DNA of 40,579 nucleotides from Saprolegnia diclina VS20 (lineage: Eukaryota): the NCBI RefSeq assembly GCF_000281045.1, contig NW_008246101.1, positions 311,495 through 352,073 on the forward strand. The letters run 5' to 3'. The position numbers and the translations under genes are program-made. Under the pieces are notes generated by a model, which saw only the letters and a program-made list of their open reading frames with translations, did not search any database and was not told the DNA's origin. Of this stretch, positions 32,227 through 40,579 are shown piece by piece (within the stretch, counting starts at the first letter, position 1; every line of letters begins with the position of its first letter).

Positions 32227-33189
32227 ATGGCAGGAAGAAGGAGCAGCTCCGACGTGCTGCTGAACCGCGAGCTCCTCTCGACCATTGCCACGTTCCAAGG
32301 TGGCCTGTACCGCGAGGTCCGGCCCATCCTCCGCGACTGGCGCGCGAAGCGCCTCCACGCACGCACAAGCTTCCTCGTCGCTGCGCTGGAACTCGCGAAA
32401 GGTCTCCGCCTCCTCCAGCGACTCGTCTTGTGCCAGCCCGATATTATGACGCCGGACGTGCTCGATCACATTGTGCACCTTGGCCACTTGGACGCGGTCA
32501 AGTACGTCACGTTGCACCTCCCAACCTTACGCTGCTCGCCAAACGCGCTCAACATGGCGGTGAGCAGCGGCCACCTCGATCTTGTCACGTACCTTCACGC
32601 CCAAGGCACGAAGAGCTGGACCGAGCACACGCTGGACCTGGCGGCAGAAAGCGGGCACCTCAAGATGGTCCGCTACCTCCACGACCATGGCCTCGGCGCG
32701 TCCACGTATGCGATGGATTGCGCGGCCGGGCGCGGGTCCCTTGACATTGTCCGGTTTCTGCACACCCATCGAGGCGAAGGGTGCACGACGTCGGCCATGG
32801 ACCGCGCGTGCGCCAACGGTCACATGGACGTCGTTCGCTTCCTGCACGCGAACCGCACGGAGGGCTGTACGCGCGACGCCATGGACAGCGCTGCCGGCAG
32901 CGGCCACCTCGACATGGTCACATTTCTGCACCAGCAACGGTCGGAAGGGTGTACGTCGCGGGCCATGGACCAAGCGGCTGGGAACGGGCATCTGCAGGTC
33001 GTCGCGTTTTTGCACGAGCATCGCCACGAAGGGGCAACAACGCTCGCGATCGATATGGCAGCCGCGCACGGCCACTTGCATGTGGTCGAGTTCCTCGTGC
33101 AGCACCGACGCGAGGGCTGGCGGGACGCAGTCTCGTGGGCCGCACGGAATGGCCACGCCTCCATTGTCGCGTACCTTGAATCCATCTAA
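32227..33189 (+). CDS. Oomycete-expanded ankyrin repeat protein
   Basis: VLLNRELLSTIATFQGG leader followed by tandem AMDxAAxxGHLxxVxFLHxxRxEGCT repeats. Confidence 0.88.
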   Translation: MAGRRSSSDVLLNRELLSTIATFQGGLYREVRPILRDWRAKRLHARTSFLVAALELAKGLRLLQRLVLCQPDIMTPDVLDHIVHLGHLDAVKYVTLHLPTLRCSPNALNMAVSSGHLDLVTYLHAQGTKSWTEHTLDLAAESGHLKMVRYLHDHGLGASTYAMDCAAGRGSLDIVRFLHTHRGEGCTTSAMDRACANGHMDVVRFLHANRTEGCTRDAMDSAAGSGHLDMVTFLHQQRSEGCTSRAMDQAAGNGHLQVVAFLHEHRHEGATTLAIDMAAAHGHLHVVEFLVQHRREGWRDAVSWAARNGHASIVAYLESI

Positions 33190-33293
33190 TCTTATAACAC
33201 ACATTGTACAGTACGAGGACGTTTCCACGCGCGAGCGCGATGGGCGCTTACGCCAGGACGACGCGTTGGACGGTATAAATCATGTTGGCTATC

Positions 33294-33661
33294 TTACTGA
33301 CGTCCTTGTCCGATGTCTTGGGCGTACTTCTCTTTGGCTTCGCGCTCCAAGATCGAGTTGACGCGGCCGGTCGTCGGGTCCGTGCCCAGCGGGCGGCGGA
33401 AGAGGAGGATGTGCGGCTCCGGCTTGTGGATCGCATAGTGCACCCAGCCACGGCTCTGCTGCACGCCAAGCTGGCGCCACTCGCTCTCGGTGAGGAGGCG
33501 GTCGGGCAAGTTGCGGGCCATCTCCTTGGGCAGGATCACATGTCTACCTCATGCGGATGAGGTTGGATGAGCGCATGAGGCGTCGGCGCCTACCTGTACT
33601 CATGCGTGTCGTCGACGTACTTCTCCGAGTACTCTATGCGGGACGACATGTCCTGCGTCAT
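33294..33661 (-). CDS. CKS1: Cyclin-dependent kinase regulatory subunit CKS1
   Basis: [57 protein letters not shown]; one intron. Confidence 0.95.
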
Positions 33662-34681
33662 CGGCGGCCGGCGAATCGAAAACTGCGGTCTCTATGCGAG
33701 ACCGCTGGAAACCTCTGACATTGAATACTTCAACCGGACACCGCAAAAGCCCGGGAGAGACCGCGTTTGAAAAAAAGAGCTTGGCCAATGTATGCTTCCG
33801 GGTTTATTTAATTCGTCGAGGACGAGGCCGCCATTTGCGCGCCAAAAGGAAACCTCTGTAATATGATACCGTCGCGAGATGTGGGACCACAGACAAGATG
33901 ACAGTTCTGTACAATAGCCTAGCATAGCAAAGTCGACTCCTCTTGACAAGGGCGCAAGGTCTCCGGACTCGAGTGATGCTCGTGGTCAAGACAACTCTGG
34001 GAGATCGAGGCGATGTCAACGCGACAGCTTGACCGCCTCGTCTCTGTTTCAAGTCTTACGACGAGCGCGATACGGTAACGCTGCAACTGTACGAGATTCC
34101 TTAGAGCAGCGCCGTCTTGTCATGTTGTACTTATACGTCTATCCACAAGACGTGCATCGGATCACGGGGATCATCCGTCCTCCTGCGAATCGCAAGCGCA
34201 TAGCCACGAAAGGACAAGAGGAGTGTTCTTCGCTCTCACCGCAGACCAATGCAATACCACGAGCACTCCAGGGTGCATCTCACACTACGTGCTGCAACAT
34301 GTTTATGGTGCTGGGAAGTGCTGTCGTCGCTGCTCTCGACTAGTACTAGTATGGCCAGGCGTGGCGCATCGCTGCAAATCTTGCAGCGAGCTTCACGGCG
34401 TAGCCATGTCCTTTCTGCTGGAGAGTTTCGGGTGGTGAGCCCTGTCGCTCTGTCGTTGCCGGCGACAACTTCTTGTGGACCAAGAGGAACATTCTGCAGT
34501 GACCATCGCGATCTTCGCGTTGTTTTGTCGCACCTCATTGGCCAAAATCCAGCGCAATTGATTGTGTGTTATGCCATTTCATTGGTCAAAAAGGAATCGA
34601 CACTGCGGGCCACAAGTGATTTCCGGCCCCAATTTTGTGATTGGTCAAAATGGCGACCAACTTCAAACGTCATTGCTTGCC

Positions 34682-34697
34682 TTCCATTTTCGCATTC
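34682..34697 (+). promoter_or_regulatory. Oomycete INR/FPR-like core promoter element
   Basis: ttccattttcgcattc fits YCATTYBNNNWTTY, 14 nt upstream of the AsnRS ATG; reverse CCAAT (attgg) at ~34581 and ~34640. Confidence 0.5.
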
Positions 34698-34711
34698 GCC
34701 AGATACGACCC

Positions 34712-36250
34712 ATGGAAGCGCTCTCCATCAACGACGTCACGCCTGTGGCGATCGACGACGCGACGGCCCCGGGCCTCGCCCAGCACAAGACCGCCATCCA
34801 GGGCCTCTTCAAGCGCCGCCGCGTCCGCGTCAAGGAGCTCCTCGCCGCAGGCCTCTCGACCGTCGGCCACACGGTGACGGTCAAGGGCTGGGCCAAGACG
34901 CTGCGCGAAGCTGGCGCCGGCGCCTTCGCCTTCCTCGAGCTCAACGATGGCTCGTGCTTTACGGGCCTCCAGATCGTGGTCGCCAAGGACGTGCCGGGCT
35001 TTGAGGCGCTCATCAACTCGGGCGGCACTGGCGCGAGCTTTTGCGTTGTTGGCACTGTGGTCGAGAGCCCGGCCAAGGGCCAGCTCATCGAGGTCAAGGC
35101 CACCGAGGTGACGCTCTACGGCGACGTCGCGGACCCCTCGACGTACGCGCTCTCGAAGAAGCGCCACACGCTCGAGCATCTGCGCGAGCACGCGCATCTG
35201 CGCCCGCGCTCCAACATCCACTCGGCGGCGATGCGCGTGCGTAACGCGATGGCCCAGGCGACGCACTCGTTCTTCAACGAGCGCGGCTTCCTCTACATCC
35301 ACACGCCGCTCATCACGGCGTCCGACTGCGAAGGCGCTGGCGAGATGTTTGCCGTCACGACGCTCTTCAACCACGTCAAGGACGGCAACGTGCCCAAGAC
35401 GGCCGACAACAAGGCGATCGACTTCTCCAAGGACTTCTTTGGCAAGCCGTCGTACCTCACGGTGTCCGGTCAGCTGAACGTCGAGACGCACTGCTGCGCG
35501 CTCTCGGACTGCTACACGTTTGGCCCGACGTTCCGCGCCGAGAACTCCAACACGGCGCGCCACCTCGCCGAGTTTTGGATGATCGAGCCGGAAATCGCGT
35601 TCGCCGACCTCAGCGACGACATTGACCTCGCGGAAGACTACCTCAAGTACTGCGCGCAGTACGCGCTCGACAACTGCGCCGAGGACCTTGCGTTCTTCGA
35701 CAAGAACGTCGAGAAGGGCCTCCTCGAGCGCCTCCAGTCGACGATCGCGTCGCCCTTTGTGCGTCTCTCGTACACGGACGCGATCGAGCTCATCAACAAG
35801 CCCGAGAACCTCAAGAAGGGCAAGTTTGAGAAGAAGCCCAAGTGGGGCGACGACCTCGGCTCGGAGCACGAGCGTTTTATCACGGAGCAGATCTACAAGA
35901 AGCCGGTCGTCTTGTACGACTACCCGAAGGAGATCAAGGCGTTCTACATGCGCTTGAACGACGACGGCAAGACGGTCGCGGCCGCCGACGTCCTTGTGCC
36001 CAAGATTGGCGAGATCATTGGCGGCTCGCAGCGCGAAGAGCGCCTCGACGTCCTCGAAGCGCGCATCAAGGAAGCCACGGGCCACGATCCCGCCGAGTAC
36101 GGCTGGTACTGCGACCTCCGCCGCTACGGCACGGTGCCGCACGCCGGCTTTGGCTGCGGCTTTGAGCGCCTCGTGCGCTTCGTCACGGGCATTGAGAACA
36201 TCCGCGACGTCATCCCGTTCCCGCGCTGGCCCTCGAACGCGTCGTTCTAA
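34712..36250 (+). CDS. asnS: Asparagine--tRNA ligase (bacterial/organelle-type AsnRS)
   Basis: OB-fold (TVKGW..FLELNDGS..LQIV), HLRPRS, SDCEGAGEMF, YLTVSGQL, FGPTFRAENSNTARHLAEFWMIEPE, GGSQREER and WYCDLRRYGTVPHAGFGCGFER; intronless. Confidence 0.95.
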   Translation: MEALSINDVTPVAIDDATAPGLAQHKTAIQGLFKRRRVRVKELLAAGLSTVGHTVTVKGWAKTLREAGAGAFAFLELNDGSCFTGLQIVVAKDVPGFEALINSGGTGASFCVVGTVVESPAKGQLIEVKATEVTLYGDVADPSTYALSKKRHTLEHLREHAHLRPRSNIHSAAMRVRNAMAQATHSFFNERGFLYIHTPLITASDCEGAGEMFAVTTLFNHVKDGNVPKTADNKAIDFSKDFFGKPSYLTVSGQLNVETHCCALSDCYTFGPTFRAENSNTARHLAEFWMIEPEIAFADLSDDIDLAEDYLKYCAQYALDNCAEDLAFFDKNVEKGLLERLQSTIASPFVRLSYTDAIELINKPENLKKGKFEKKPKWGDDLGSEHERFITEQIYKKPVVLYDYPKEIKAFYMRLNDDGKTVAAADVLVPKIGEIIGGSQREERLDVLEARIKEATGHDPAEYGWYCDLRRYGTVPHAGFGCGFERLVRFVTGIENIRDVIPFPRWPSNASF

Positions 36251-36297
36251 ACAACCCTCTTCTTACGACGCATGACTACACTCCTTTGTATAATCAC

Positions 36298-36428
36298 ATC
36301 CTGTCTTATGGCTCATCGTATCCTGTCTTATGGTTTATCTTATCCTGTCTTATGCTCGATCCTATCCTGTCATCCTATCCTGTCGTATGCTCCATCTTAT
36401 TCTGTCTTATGGCTCACTTATCCTGTCT
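36298..36428. repeat. Degenerate ~22-bp minisatellite (~6 copies)
   Basis: Units atcctgtcttatggctcatcgt / atcctgtcttatggtttatctt / atcctgtcttatgctcgatcct / atcctgtcatcct / atcctgtcgtatgctccatctt / attctgtcttatggctcactt / atcctgtct. Confidence 0.85.
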
Positions 36429-36635
36429 GGCGATTCATCGTACCCTGCGCTGGCATAGGACAAGGCACGACGCTCCACAGCATCGAGTCGCGCTGGGCCA
36501 GATGAGCCCGGTCGCATATACCCTTGCACCTGACAGCAGCAGCAAGATGCTGCCCCTGGTCGAGGTTGACTATTCGTAGTCCACGATAGCCACCGCAAGG
36601 ATATCAAAACGTTGTTAAATAGAGTAGGTCGCGGA

Positions 36636-37424
36636 CTAGGTCGTGAACGTGTCGACCATCTCGTAGTGCACACGCTGCGACGGAATGTGCTGGCAACGAG
36701 CGATGCGTGGCGTGCCGTCCAGCGTGAGGCAGTAGCCGGGCGTGGCCGCGTTGGTCAGCTGCGTGGCTTCGTACCACCACTGCTGCATGGACGAGTGGTC
36801 GCAGTCGTGCGCGACGACCGCGTAGGACGGCGTCACGTGCAAGCAAAGCCCGTTCTCGTTCGATTGAAGCGTGCCGTTGACCTTGTCAAAGCGCCAGGAT
36901 GGGACGAGGCGCGGGTCCTGCTGCGTCCGGACCTCGACAACGACGCTCGCGTCGCGCGTGCTGAGCACATGCGTGGTGTCGGTCGTCAAGACGACAGTTT
37001 CCGAGCTCAAAAAGACATATTGGTACGGACTCTCGACGTGCGACGTGCAGGGCGCTGCGCGCACAGAGTTGTCCAAATCGACTTGGAGGCAGAGCGACGG
37101 CTCGGCTCGGTGCGAGATGCGGCTATCGGCGCCGTCGATCGTCCACGTCTGGCGGCGGTGGCCCGTGCAGGGCGCGAGCGCAAGAACATCCTCGCTACTG
37201 AGACCCAAGCACGCGTCCTCGGTGCGAAGCTCGTGCGTCCACGTGTCGTAGCGCCACACAGTGCTGCTATGATCCGCGGCCACGACGCGACCGCCGGCCG
37301 TGGCCACCACCTTGTTGAGGATCGTATTGAGCGTGACGTCGAGGGAGCGTGGGTACGTCGGTGTCGGTAGGCTGGTAGCCACTGCCACGAGGAGCAGCGT
37401 CGAGAGGAGAGCGCGCATCAACAT
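36636..37424 (-). CDS. Secreted ricin B-type (R-type) lectin, two modules
   Basis: Signal peptide MLMRALLSTLLLVAVATS; repeated CL..C..QxW units (ACLGL..APC..RQTW; LCLQV..APC..YQ; LCLHV..HDC..QQW; YCLTL..ARC..SQ). Confidence 0.8.
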   Translation of the reverse strand: MLMRALLSTLLLVAVATSLPTPTYPRSLDVTLNTILNKVVATAGGRVVAADHSSTVWRYDTWTHELRTEDACLGLSSEDVLALAPCTGHRRQTWTIDGADSRISHRAEPSLCLQVDLDNSVRAAPCTSHVESPYQYVFLSSETVVLTTDTTHVLSTRDASVVVEVRTQQDPRLVPSWRFDKVNGTLQSNENGLCLHVTPSYAVVAHDCDHSSMQQWWYEATQLTNAATPGYCLTLDGTPRIARCQHIPSQRVHYEMVDTFTT

Positions 37425-38320
37425 GGTCGTCCTGTGCGCCAAAAGTGGGAATGCAGCCGGCACAATCGACCTTGCAGAGGCATCTGACGTGGCATCTGGG
37501 TTGTCAGCTGGAGCTTGGCGTGACCAGCATATTGACATATTACCAATTGTGTCTCTTGTGATCAACATATTTCAGAAACGTCTCATTTATGGACTCCAAG
37601 GAACCAGAAGACGACGGGTCTGAGAAAAAGATACCGGCAACACAGCGATGAGGCAAAGCGGCTTGTGGCCGCTCGATAGCAAGCAAGCCCCTTCGAACAA
37701 TTAAGGAAGAGACACATAGGCCTTCTACGTGAACGCGATGGACGGGAGAGTGTGCGGTGTTGTACATATTCTTTCTCAAAATCTCAAACCGCGAGTTTTG
37801 AGATTGTTGAAACAGTGAAGGTCATTTCTTGAGATTGTTGCAGATGCCCTGCACCCAAACACACCGTGCAAGATTCCTTTGTCCTTTCTATAGAAAAGGA
37901 CACGGCTTGGTGTTGATCCTCACCTGAGTATATTTCTGTGTTCGTGCAATCAATCGTCCACATGCGTTTAGTAATAGATCACGCCTGAAATATATAGTGA
38001 TCGGCTTTGCCAAGATAATGGTGCGACGGCAAAGACAGCGTCAACAGCAAGCAGAGCACATTCTCCCCCGATGATCCAGTCAGCATGAGGCCATTGTAGC
38101 AGCGTCAACTACGAGCTGCACATTCATGTTCTGTCGCCAGTGAAAGCTTTGGCGCGTCGGTGCGTGCTATCATCCCTCCTCCATCATCGCAGTTTGGGAT
38201 CTTGGAGAGGGTGCATTTCGTCCTACAGAAGGGAATTCTCCCAGCTTCGAGTGGAAAGTGCAACTTCTTGGAAATACAATATTCTCATGTAAGTTACATT
38301 AAGGGGTTCGGGTCTTCGGC

Positions 38321-39955
38321 TCACTTGGGGACCGTCGAGGCTTGGTAGGAAATGGTCGTGCGGTTCGCGGCTGTCGGACACACCTCGCCCGCCTGGAACT
38401 GCGTGTACGTCTCGAGGACGAGGTCGATGCGCGTCGCTTCGGCGGCATCGACGAGGTACTTGGCCGACCCGCCGACAAACTGGTCAAAGAGGTCCTTCAT
38501 GTACGTCGAGAAGGACAGGTTGATCTTGTCACCGTCCTTGACATCACCCGACTTGCCGTTGACTTCGCCGTCCCACTGGAGGCTCGTGAGCGCGCCCTGG
38601 CCCTTGACAACGCCGTTGCACACAAAAGCGGCCTTGACGCCCGAGAGTTGCGGGTAGAATCCGTTGCTTTCGAAGCTTCGGCTTTGGTTCGCGCACGATT
38701 GGCTGAACTGGGTGCCCAAAAACTTCTTGAAGCTAGCGCCGTCCGTCGAGATGACCGCAATCATGTTGCCAAACGGCGACCACGAGATGAGGTCCCCGAG
38801 CGAGAACGGACCAGCCGGCCAAACCTTCTCCGTGCGAATGCCGCCGGCGTTCATGTAGCCGACATCAACGGCCACCTTCTTGTGGAAGGCCTTGAACGCA
38901 TCCGCAAAAAAGTTGCCGATCGGCGCCTCACCGAATCGCAGGAGCTTGGTCGTCAAGTCCGTCGATGCGCAAAGCGCGCCGACAGTGCGCGTAAAGAGCA
39001 CGTTGATCTGGGCGTCATACGACTTGATGATCTCGTCAAACGCCGGGTCCGACGGCATCTCGTTCGTGATCACGAGGTTCTTGTGGCTCATCTTGGTGAA
39101 CGCCGTCGTCGCCTTGTTGGCTGCATCGGTTGACCGGGCATAGTACTTGATGTCCGAGATCCACACGCTGCGGAAGTTGAGGTCCGACTTGAGGTACGGC
39201 GTGCCAAAGTTGGTCTGGAGCATCGCCGAGTGGTCGTGGCCGCCGTAAATGATGTCGACGCCCTTGACCTGCTGCGAGAAGCGGTTGTCGTCGTCCAAGA
39301 ACTGGTGCGTAAGCGCAATCACCATGTCGACCTTCTCGACCTCGCGAAGGTACTTGACCAGCGCTTTGGCCGCCTCGATCGGGTCCGTCCAGTACAAGCC
39401 CTTGGACGTATCCTGCATGTCGTACATGACGCCAAAAGCGCCCACCTTCATGGTGCCCATCGTCGTCGAGTTGAACTTCTTGATCGCATACGGTTGGGTG
39501 CCGCGGAGGAGCTTCTTGGTCGAGGCCTCGTACGCGTTGACGTTGAGCCAATGAAACTTGGAGGCGGCCGAGACGTTGAGGAACGCGTCGATGCCAAAGT
39601 CAAACTCGTGGTTGCCGAGACACGCAAAGTCAACACCGAGTGCGTTGTGAGCCTCGATCATCTGGAGACCCTTGAACTGGCCGGACCAGAGCGACGGCGA
39701 CATGGTGTCGCCCGCAAAGATGACCAAACTGTTTTCAAAGCTCTTGCGGAGCTTCTGCGCGATGGGGATGACGCGCGAGGGACCGCCGACGAGGACGCCA
39801 TACTGTGCCGTGTCGTTCTCGGCCTTCATCTCGTACACGTCGTTGTACGAGAGCACTTGAAAATGGGCCGTGGGTGGGCGCGCCGTGCCGCAGTCGCCGA
39901 CAACGGCCGTCGCAGAGACACCGAGGAGAAACACGAGCTTGGAGATCGCGGCTAC
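38321..39955 (-). CDS. Secreted 5'-nucleotidase/apyrase-family calcineurin-like phosphoesterase (start codon lost in the gap)
   Basis: Hydrophobic signal remnant (LVFLLGVSATAVVG), NDVY, AGD, GNHEFDFG, IALTH and GGHDH, then 5'-NT C-terminal domain (R.GE.PIGNFFAD, NAGGIR, PFGN, PQLSG). Confidence 0.88.
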   Translation of the reverse strand, partial: VAAISKLVFLLGVSATAVVGDCGTARPPTAHFQVLSYNDVYEMKAENDTAQYGVLVGGPSRVIPIAQKLRKSFENSLVIFAGDTMSPSLWSGQFKGLQMIEAHNALGVDFACLGNHEFDFGIDAFLNVSAASKFHWLNVNAYEASTKKLLRGTQPYAIKKFNSTTMGTMKVGAFGVMYDMQDTSKGLYWTDPIEAAKALVKYLREVEKVDMVIALTHQFLDDDNRFSQQVKGVDIIYGGHDHSAMLQTNFGTPYLKSDLNFRSVWISDIKYYARSTDAANKATTAFTKMSHKNLVITNEMPSDPAFDEIIKSYDAQINVLFTRTVGALCASTDLTTKLLRFGEAPIGNFFADAFKAFHKKVAVDVGYMNAGGIRTEKVWPAGPFSLGDLISWSPFGNMIAVISTDGASFKKFLGTQFSQSCANQSRSFESNGFYPQLSGVKAAFVCNGVVKGQGALTSLQWDGEVNGKSGDVKDGDKINLSFSTYMKDLFDQFVGGSAKYLVDAAEATRIDLVLETYTQFQAGEVCPTAANRTTISYQASTVPK

Positions 39956-40066
39956 NNNNNNNNNNNNNNNNNNNNNNNNNNNNNNNNNNNNNNNNNNNNN
40001 NNNNNNNNNNNNNNNNNNNNNNNNNNNNNNNNNNNNNNNNNNNNNNNNNNNNNNNNNNNNNNNNNN
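39956..40066. other. Assembly gap (111 N)
   Basis: Run of N bases. Confidence 1.
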
Positions 40067-40087
40067 CTGCCCCGACGACCGTGCCTG

Positions 40088-40579
40088 TCACGCCGGCTCC
40101 ATGTCGACGCCCTTGACCAGCTGCGAGAAGCGGTTGTCGTCGTCCAAGAACTGGTGCGTGAGCGCAATCACCATGTCGACCTTCTCGACCTCACGGAGCG
40201 CCTTGACAGCCTCCTTGGAGGCCGTGATCGGGTCCGTCCAGTACATGCCCTTGGACGTATCCTGCATGTCGTACATGACACCAAAGGCGCCGATCTTCAT
40301 AGTGCCCATCGTCGTCGCGTTGAACTTCTTGATCGCATACGGTTGGGTGCCGCGGAGGAGCTTCTTGGTCGAGGCCTCGTACGCGTTGACGTTGAGCCAA
40401 GGAAACTTGGAAGCGGCCGAGACGTTGAGGAACGCGTCAATGCCAAAGTCAAACTCGTGGTTGCCGAGGCAGGCAAAGTCGACGCCGAGTGCGTTGTGAG
40501 CCTCGATCATCTGGAGACCCTTGAACTGACCAGACCAGAGCGACGGCGACATGGTGTCGCCCGCAAAGATGACCAAACT
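40088..40579 (-). CDS. Second, near-identical 5'-nucleotidase copy (partial; similarity ends just before the gap)
   Basis: Matches copy 1 from VIFAGDTMS to VKGVD with substitutions (FHW>FPW, STT>ATT, IEAAKALVKYL>ITASKEAVKAL), then diverges to MEPA* about 35 nt from the gap. Confidence 0.7.
   Translation of the reverse strand, partial: SLVIFAGDTMSPSLWSGQFKGLQMIEAHNALGVDFACLGNHEFDFGIDAFLNVSAASKFPWLNVNAYEASTKKLLRGTQPYAIKKFNATTMGTMKIGAFGVMYDMQDTSKGMYWTDPITASKEAVKALREVEKVDMVIALTHQFLDDDNRFSQLVKGVDMEPA

Noticed and set aside
17612..33661. Apparent ubiquitin/SUMO cluster (F-box, SAE1, CKS1)
   Set aside because: Genes are interspersed with unrelated housekeeping genes, and there is no evidence of functional clustering in a eukaryotic gene-dense region.
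36298..36428. CRISPR-like appearance of the repeat
   Set aside because: Eukaryotic context, no unique spacers and no cas genes; it is a simple minisatellite.

Overview
Gene-dense eukaryotic genomic DNA from an oomycete, most likely Saprolegniales (Saprolegnia/Achlya-like). This is inferred from GC3-rich coding, short ~45-75 nt GT-AG introns, a Crinkler-type header domain, the 'AMDxAAxNGHL..EGCT' ankyrin family, a secreted ricin-B lectin and an INR/FPR-like core promoter. About 23 protein genes are supported. Most are housekeeping: ATAD5/ELG1, COQ6, a nitroreductase, TBCC, RPA43, eIF2-beta, SAE1, NAC-beta, a DUG3-like amidotransferase, a Rab32-like GTPase, NDUFA8, NAA25, LSM1, CKS1 and AsnRS. 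Secreted-protein genes (ricin lectin, duplicated 5'-nucleotidases around a 111-N gap) lie at the right end. No rRNA, tRNA, CRISPR array or intact transposon was seen. The most unusual items are domain architectures, several invisible in the ORF track: (1) a Crinkler header fused to a CENP-B/Tc5 double-HTH DNA-binding module with no DDE nuclease; (2) a multi-TM protein carrying a bacterial-like ATP-grasp domain; (3) a 7-intron ankyrin protein with a C-terminal F-box; (4) an RRM-3xCCCH-2xB-box-acidic-R3H protein; (5) a CAP-Gly-TBCC fusion. All gene models were read by eye, no database search was run, and intron boundaries are approximate unless stated.
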